From positions 178,370-198,369 of the forward strand of contig JAPEUD010000048.1 of NCBI GenBank assembly GCA_026026165.1: a stretch of 20,000 nucleotides of DNA. Direction: 5' to 3'. A model generated the notes under the pieces. It was not told where the DNA came from. It made no database searches and saw nothing but the letters and a program-made list of their open reading frames with translations. Positions 12,873 through 20,000 of this stretch are shown one piece after another. Numbering within the stretch: position 1 is the stretch's first letter; each line of letters starts with the position of its first letter. The position numbers and the translations under genes are program-made. Source of the DNA: Sarea resinae (Eukaryota).

Positions 12873-14703
12873 TCGTAGAGTGCCGTAGGGTGAAGAGAGC
12901 GGGGGATCTTGTCGGCGAGACCTACTTCAGTACTACTCTCTACATATCGGGGATATATGGGATATGCAGTACTCCGTACCTTTACTATCTTGGGGTGCTT
13001 ACTACCGTACAATGTGGTATGGGTATAAGTTCGGTCAGTTGGCTTGTTTGATGTTTACACTACTAAGGTACACGAAACAGCCCAGAGCGTGAGGTGTGCT
13101 AGGGGTCGGGGGAGGGGGGGTGGGCACTAGGGGGCATAAATATGGGGCAACAATCAATACTACGGTAGGTACTATGAGTACATGGTTAGGGGTCCTGACA
13201 GCTTGCCCGGAGATGTACTCTAGGACGCACGAGTACGTCTAGTAACTCTATGGATGGGTGCCCTGTGTGAGTGAAGTGCTGCTTCGTGTCCGAAGCGACC
13301 CGTACGGGCTTGTTGTCCGTATAGTAGGGTAAGCTCCTTTGTTGGCCGAGCGCTGGAAGCGAGGTATCCGTAAGGTAGTAGGTAGGTAAGGTAGATACTG
13401 CGGTAAGTTGGTAAGGTAGGCCTTTCTCGGGATCGGTATGGAATTCGGTATGGATGGCCGGGGTCTGGGAGGGAAGAGTCTCTGATTTCTCTTTTGCTGG
13501 TGGCTTTCTGGTGTCGAGTGGGCATCTGAGCGTCTGGCTACGTGGGAGGAGGCGAGGGGAGGAGCAGCAGGAGAAGAGTATGTGACTGCTGTTATACATA
13601 CTGGATCATCATTGTACGAGTAGCGGAGGTGGTGGAGCACTCTCGAATCATTTGTGTTGGGGCACTTGAGGATATCTGATATCAATTGGTACGTGGTACC
13701 TACTAGGAGGTAAGGTAACAATGTGACTGATTGATGGTTCTGGGCCTGCTGATGATTCCGAAGGCCTCACCTTGCCTGCCGCACTCTGTTTCTCCTCTCG
13801 CGATCTGGTAGCCCTGGGCGACATAGGGCCGGCTTATCGGATCGCATCTTCAGCTGTTGAATCCTACAGCGCGAGAGCGAGGGCACCGAATCGCACGGCT
13901 TTTCGTGTTCATTTCAATTGTGACTCTAGAGTCAGGTACAAGCCAATGCGAGGCCCGTTAGGCTCTGTTAGGCGTTGAGGAGAGGTGGAAGCCTGAAGAA
14001 ATGGCGTTTTGGTGAGATCTGACCTTGCGCTTGCTTGTCCACCTTGCCTTGCTTGAAAGACTGTAAGGTAAGCTCAGATGGTACCTGTAATCTAGATGTC
14101 TCATAGCCGGATTGGTTGAACGATTCGAGCAACATTGTCCTGTAAGGCAAGGTAGGTTTGAACGAAGAGGAGACAGAGGGTACTTTTCTTTGTCAGGGAA
14201 ATGGGGGGGTAGGAGTACGTCGGGTGTTGGGTCGCTGGGCGAGATGGCTTCATTTACTCGTTCATCCATTCATGTCGGCATCGTGTCTTGACCATTGAAT
14301 CAGGATCAGAGAATTATGTGATTGCAAGAGTCAGGCAACTACGATCCAGTGTCTCCTCCGTCGGGAGAGGTTGAATGTTGATGAACGCCCTCCTGCCCCG
14401 TAGAGGAAGCCTCCATATCGATGAGGAATCCGGTTCCTTGCCACTGGGATCTTCTGCCTTACCGAGTGTAGTACGACAGCACGGACTCACACCGACGAAG
14501 TATCCGCCCAGATTCCACCCCGAAACCGACACCGACGCGGCGGCGATTCGCATGTGGCGCCAGTGGACGGTCGACTGTGGACACCGGACACCTCCAATCA
14601 CCAACCGAAACCGCAGACACCACCACCGACCACCACCACTGCTGCCATCACCGCCATCACCGCCAAAGTGAAAGAGCTGTTGCGCTCGCCGATATCTGTG
14701 TTC

Positions 14704-14734
14704 GACTGACTGACTGACTGACTGACTGACTGAC
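14704..14734. repeat. (GACT)7 tetranucleotide microsatellite
   Basis: Seven perfect GACT units plus GAC. Confidence 0.92.
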
Positions 14735-15293
14735 GGATCGATCGGCCGACGGCCTACCTCACAACCTCACAACCACTATACTTTATCTACCTACCTACCT
14801 AGCCAAGCCGTTCATCGTTGGTACGCTCCAGCCGTGCAGAAACTCGCCTCACCTTCCTTGGAATATTGATATCTATCACTTTGAGATACAGCTACAGTTA
14901 GACCCTTAGATTGACTTGGCCTGAAGCCGACTCTTCGATTGATTGTTTGCTTGATTGATCGATTGTTCGATTGATCAATCACCCCGAAGATCGAGGGGCG
15001 CTTGTGTGTGCGGAATCCGTGCGTGCCCCACCGACTGTACGAGGGAATGGGCACTCTTGCCAAGCACAGACAATCAATTGATCGAAACAATCTATCAGCG
15101 TCGTTGGTTCACGTCCACTCTTCGGTCCGACGAACTCATGAATCTTGCATTCGGAGCATTGTGTGGTATTGACCAGAAAACACCACGCCGTGACGACACC
15201 GGATGCGATCGAGCATCAACCACCATCAGTGGCCTCCGAGAAAGAGTGGCGGAAGACAACAATCATCGGCTACAATCGTGCGAGTGACCTGGT

Positions 15294-18200
15294 ATGGACA
15301 AGGAACCTCGCAGTCAATACAAGCCAGAGCCATGGCGTGGTGAAGAGTCCAATATGTGTGTGGCTTGGGGAGACGACACGACATTGCGCCGCTACCCTCA
15401 TAGCTTTCGAGAAGGCACAATTCGAGCAGTCAGCCCGGATTCCATCTCTATCGCCGAGGAAATACATTCGAGAGATCCCAGCATGGACGGCGGCTTCTCT
15501 GTGTCGGATCCGTCAACTTCTCCGCGCAACGGCAAGCGGGGTAGTTCCAGCCTTCAGTCGTCCGATTTTCTTTCGCATTCGAGCTCCAATGGGAGCAGAT
15601 ACTCCAACAACGCTTCGAAGAACATGTTTGTGCGGCCACGGACGCGCACGATGGATGAAAAGGCATCTGAGCGGTCATCGGCACCATTTGTACAGAGTGC
15701 TCGTCACCGAATCAACTCGGTCCATTCATCTGCTTCTTCTCTTTACGCTGGCGTCGACGACAGCACACCTTCCAAGCCCCACGGACCAAATATCTCCCCC
15801 TCCCCTTCATCAGCATCACACACATCTAGCTCCGTGAGGAATCGTCTTGTCAAACAACCACCTCGGGCATCATCGCCTCTGTCCCACAGCGGATCGCTCA
15901 CCTCGCCGGTCGCGATTGCTGATGCCAACAAGATGCTTCGACTGATGAAGGCGACACGTGGAAGGATGAGAGGAATAGTAGCGTTTAGACGAGACCGGAA
16001 TGCTGCCTGGTCATGGGGCTACTGCTTCATCGACGAGGAAGCTGGCAGCTTAATACACGATCCAAAGGATGTGCGGCTGTGCAAGGGCACGTTGATTGCT
16101 GACCTTCGAGGTTGTCAGATCAAAACCGGATTCGATACCCAGAGCCAATGCACCTATCTCGACATTTTCACGCTCCATCGTGGGTGGGAACTTCAAATAA
16201 GGCCCAGCATGCCAGAGGAATGCGACAATTGGCTGGCTGCCCTACTATGCTGGCAGCCGATCCATCCGAAGGGGGCTCAGAACAAAATGCACAAAGTTCG
16301 CAAATCGATCATCTCTGAACGGCGACCTGAAGATGGTCGACGAAACTCTGAAGTCAAGCTTCAGAAAGACGCAGCCATCATCAAGCTGGGAGGAATGTCG
16401 TTCTGGGATAAGGTCCGGCCATCAGAAACGTCCAGCAGACGGGGCACGCCAAGGAGACCATCCGCTACCAAGACGCAAGCACCAGGCCACGCATGGAGAA
16501 GAGTGTCAGCATGTCTACAGGAGAACGGCGAGTTCAGATTGTTTTCCGAGGCCGACTCATCGCTGCTTTGCGTGGTGCAGCTTTCTCAGCTTTCGAGATG
16601 CGCAGTACAGCGCCTTCACCCGTCCGTTCTAGAAGACGAATTCAGTATCGCTATATACCCCCAATACACGTCAACTTCTACAACTTTGTCTCTCATTCGA
16701 CCCATCTACGTCTCGATGGAAACCCGGGTTCTATTCGAGGTCTGGTTCGTCTTGCTGAGAGCATTCACCATCCCTGAGCTATATGGGCCTGGGCAGCCCG
16801 AATTAGGCGACGACATGGCCTCGTCGCAGACCATGAGGGACCTCTTCGCCACTCCGACCACAGACATGTTTCGGATCGAACGATCACTTTCTCTTCGTAT
16901 TCTCGAAGCTAAGTTACAGCCACCGAAGCCGCTGGTGTCTTTGGAGCGCAATGCCTCTCATCATTCCAACAACAAAGAAAGCGGCGCTGCCAGAGCAAAC
17001 AGTGGCGTCGGTAATTACTACACCGAGGTGTTTCTAGATGGAGAGATACGGGCAAAGACGACCGTCCAACATAATACAAATCACCCATTTTGGCGGGAGG
17101 AGTTTGAATTACTCGACTCACCAGCAGTGCTCTCGAGTATTTCGGTCTTACTGAAGCGAGTAGCCTCCGAATCCGACACGGGCGAACTGCGGACCGAAGA
17201 TTTTGGCCGCCTGGTAGGCGAAAATTTTGATTCTTCGACAGACTTGGACGACTACGAGCGTCACTCTTTCGATGTGCCCTGTGGAAAAGTCAGTTTATAC
17301 CTTGACGAACTTGAACGGAAGGATGAGACGGAAAAGTGGTGGCCCATCACGGACAAGAATGGAGATTCAATCGGTCAGATATATATGAAGATACGAGCGG
17401 AGGAGCTTGTGATACTCATGTCACAGGATTACAAACCGATGTCCGAACTCTTGCAAAAGTTCTCTCGCAGCCTCACTTTGAGAATTGCGCAGTCTATCCC
17501 GAAGGAGCTTCTCCGGCTATCTGAGATCCTCCTCAATATCTTCCAGGTAGCTGGAAATACCAATGAGTGGCTCATGAGTCTGATCGAAGAAGAAATCGAC
17601 GGCATACACAAGGCGGCTCCTTCGAACCGGGTGCGTTTCAGTGCGAGGATAGGGTCAAATGATCCTTTCGACACCAACGGTGAAAGAGAGATTGTTCTGC
17701 GGGATATGGGTCGCTCTGCGATGGTCGAGGCCAATCTGCTATTCAGAGGAAATTCTCTTTTAACCAAGGCTCTCGACTTACAGATGAAGCGCGTCGGCAA
17801 GGAATACCTCGAGGAGACACTCGGCGAGAGATTGGGAAGATTCTCGAACAATGACCTCGATCTTGAGGTTGATCCCAACAGAATCGAAGACAAACGAGAG
17901 TTGGACAAGCATTGGCAAAAGCTGATCAGTAAGACCAAAGACGTTTGGGATGCCATATCCGCCTCGGCCTCTCGCTGTCCTCCAGAGTTGCGTATTCTCT
18001 TCAGACATATAAGGGCGTGCGCCGAGGATCGATACGGCGGGTTTTCGCGTACCGTTAGTTATAGCAGTGTTTCCGGCTTCTTATTCCTTCGTTTCTTCTG
18101 TCCTGCGGTACTGAACCCGAAGCTTTTTGGGCTGCTCAAGGGTGAGTGTTTCTAATATCTGACTGAATTCAGCTAACGATCCGCAGAACATCCGCGTCCT

Positions 18201-19262
18201 AAAACCCAGAGAACGCTCACGTTGATCGCCAAATCCTTGCAAGGGCTCGCCAATATGTCCTCTTTCGGTGTCAAAGAGCCTTGGATGAAGCCGATGAATG
18301 ACTTCCTCTCCGCCAACCGTCAATCCTTCAAAGACTTCATCGATGACATCTGCTCCGTCTCTTCGGACCCTTACTCGGCCATCTCTCCTATGCCACCGTC
18401 CTACGCCACTCCAATAACCATTCTCACTCGTCTCCCCGGCACGTCTCGGGAAGGCTTTCTTTCGCTGCCGTACCTGATCGACCACGCGCGCAACTTTGCC
18501 GCTCTCGTCAAGCTCTGGCTCGATGCTTATGAAGAGGTGGCCATCTCCAACCCCTCTCCCTCTGGCGGTGGTGGCGATACAGCTTCACAGCGTCCGCCGC
18601 TGGAGGGAGATCTCCTCACCTTCCATGAGATCTGTCGCGACCTCAACCGGCGCGCAAAGGTCTGTCTTTCGCAAGCCGAACAGGCCGAGCGTCCCAGTAG
18701 TGCCATGAGCGCTCAATGGGAAGAGGTTGTTGAGAGGCTCGAGGGCGCTAGCATTGCCCCGACGACACCAAGTGCTGTCAATAGCAATAGTATTGACTAC
18801 CTCTTGGATAAGCGCAATGGGCTCGTCATGGAAGGGGATGAGTGGGAGCGCGTTTCATTTACGGATACGGAGACGAGGGATTCAAGGGATGAGCTGGAGG
18901 TCGAAGTCACTGAGGCTGAAAGCGAGGGGGGAACCAGTGAGAGATCGAGCTCCCGGGCTACGAAGGATAGTAGGAAGGGCAAGTTTCGGGTCCGTGGGTT
19001 CAGAAGGAAGGTCAAGGAGGGGAGTAAGGAAAGGGACGCTTTGAAGCAGAGAGAAAAGGAAAAGGAAAAAGAGAAGAGGAAAGAGGAGAGGGATAGAGAA
19101 AGGGAGAGGCCGAATGCCAAGGACAAGGACAAGGACAAGGACAAGGACAGGGAGAGGGAGAGGGAGAGGGAGGACAGACAAGCCTCGGTCTCACGTCTTC
19201 TTCTTCAGGACAGCAAAAGCGAACGCGAGAGGGCTGTCTCGAGAGGTGGTGATGGTCGTTGA
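15294..19262 (+). CDS. BUD2: BUD2/CLA2-like Ras-family GTPase-activating protein (PH-like, C2 and RasGAP domains), about 1307 aa, 2 exons
   Basis: Exon 1 15294-18141, 45-nt intron 18142-18186 (GTGAGT..GCTAAC..GCAG), exon 2 18187-19262. The junction reads LLKEHPRPKTQRTLTLIAKSLQGLAN. Arginine finger LLFRGNS, RasGAP signature FLFLRFFCPAVLNPKLF, C2-like RSLSLRILEAK..TNHPFWREEF. The exact start ATG is uncertain. Confidence 0.9.
19119..19172 (+). repeat. Coding hexamer repeats (AAGGAC)5(AGGGAG)4 encoding (KD)5(RE)4
   Basis: Read directly in the RasGAP C-terminal tail. Confidence 0.9.
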
Positions 19263-19710
19263 TCGCTGTTGTTATACCCTTTTTACTGCGCTGGTTGAAC
19301 TGTACAGCGTTTAAAGCCTCTACACGGCTCTCGCTTTTTTCTTTTTCTCTTTTCAAGCGCGGGCATGGGCACGGAGTCACGCATACGGGCAGCGTCTCGT
19401 CGTTGATATGATTAGACAGCCGGACACGATGACTATTTCTACCTCTTTTCTCTATCCAGTGCTGTGTCATGATGTCCCGATCTGAGAGAGCGGTATCGAG
19501 TCTGACATGAGATAGCACGATATCGAGTGAGCCGAACCGAAGCACACGATCCGAGCACAGACACGCCCCTTCCCTCGAAGGGCTGGCTTCTCCTGCCAAT
19601 CCTCTCCGTCGTCTCGTCTCGTCCCGTCCCCTCTCGTCTCATCTCGTCACTAAGCCGATAAAGCCAACTAAACACCTTGTTCTTCTCTCGTCCGTCTTGC
19701 TCGACTGCCT

Positions 19711-19740
19711 ATCCATCCGTCCATCCATCCATCCATCCAT
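19711..19740. repeat. (ATCC)n microsatellite
   Basis: atccatccgtccatccatccatccatccat. Confidence 0.85.
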
Positions 19741-19960
19741 TCGTCTTGCCCGAGCCACCTTCCGGCTGCCTGTCGGTGTAGATAAGGTAGACAAGGTAGA
19801 TAGGTGGCTTGGCTTGGCTTTGTCTGGCGATGTCTTGCGGGACTGGGGTACCTGGTTTGACCTGGGGTAAGAGTTGAGGATGGGGATGCGGGTCGGGGGT
19901 GGGGGATGGGAGTAAGTATTTAATCAAGGGGTTGAAGAGGTTGAAGCGGTTGAAGCGGGA

Positions 19961-20000
19961 AGAGAGAGAGAGGGGGAGGGGGGGGGGGGGGGGGGGGGGG
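19961..20000. repeat. (AG)n followed by a poly-G tract reaching the window end
   Basis: agagagagagag, then 23 consecutive G at 19978-20000. Confidence 0.9.

Noticed and set aside
15145..15837. 230-aa alternative-frame ORF overlapping the RasGAP N-terminus
   Set aside because: TTG start, overlaps a Ser-rich low-complexity region, and has no motifs.
18797..19599. Minus-strand ORFs with SL, PL and CP repeats
   Set aside because: Antisense readings of the RasGAP hexamer repeats.

Overview
Intron-containing filamentous-ascomycete (Pezizomycotina-type) genomic DNA with five conserved protein-coding genes, whose exons I reconstructed by hand. Minus strand: ILV5 ketol-acid reductoisomerase (5' part; runs off the left edge), UBC12 NEDD8 E2, and a 7-exon class III chitin synthase. 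Plus strand: an OPY2-like single-pass membrane adaptor and a BUD2/CLA2-like C2-RasGAP. Two long intergenic regions (about 4.0 kb between chs and OPY2, about 3.7 kb between OPY2 and the RasGAP) carry microsatellites, short inverted repeats and candidate TF sites. I found no tRNA, rRNA, transposon or CRISPR, and I cannot support a wholly new system. The best leads are regulatory: uORFs upstream of all three morphogenesis/signalling genes (a single uORF in an otherwise ATG-free stretch for chs and OPY2), a Leu3/LeuB-type site before ILV5, CrzA-type sites before chs, a clean orphan intron in the chs-OPY2 spacer, and possible conserved microsynteny.
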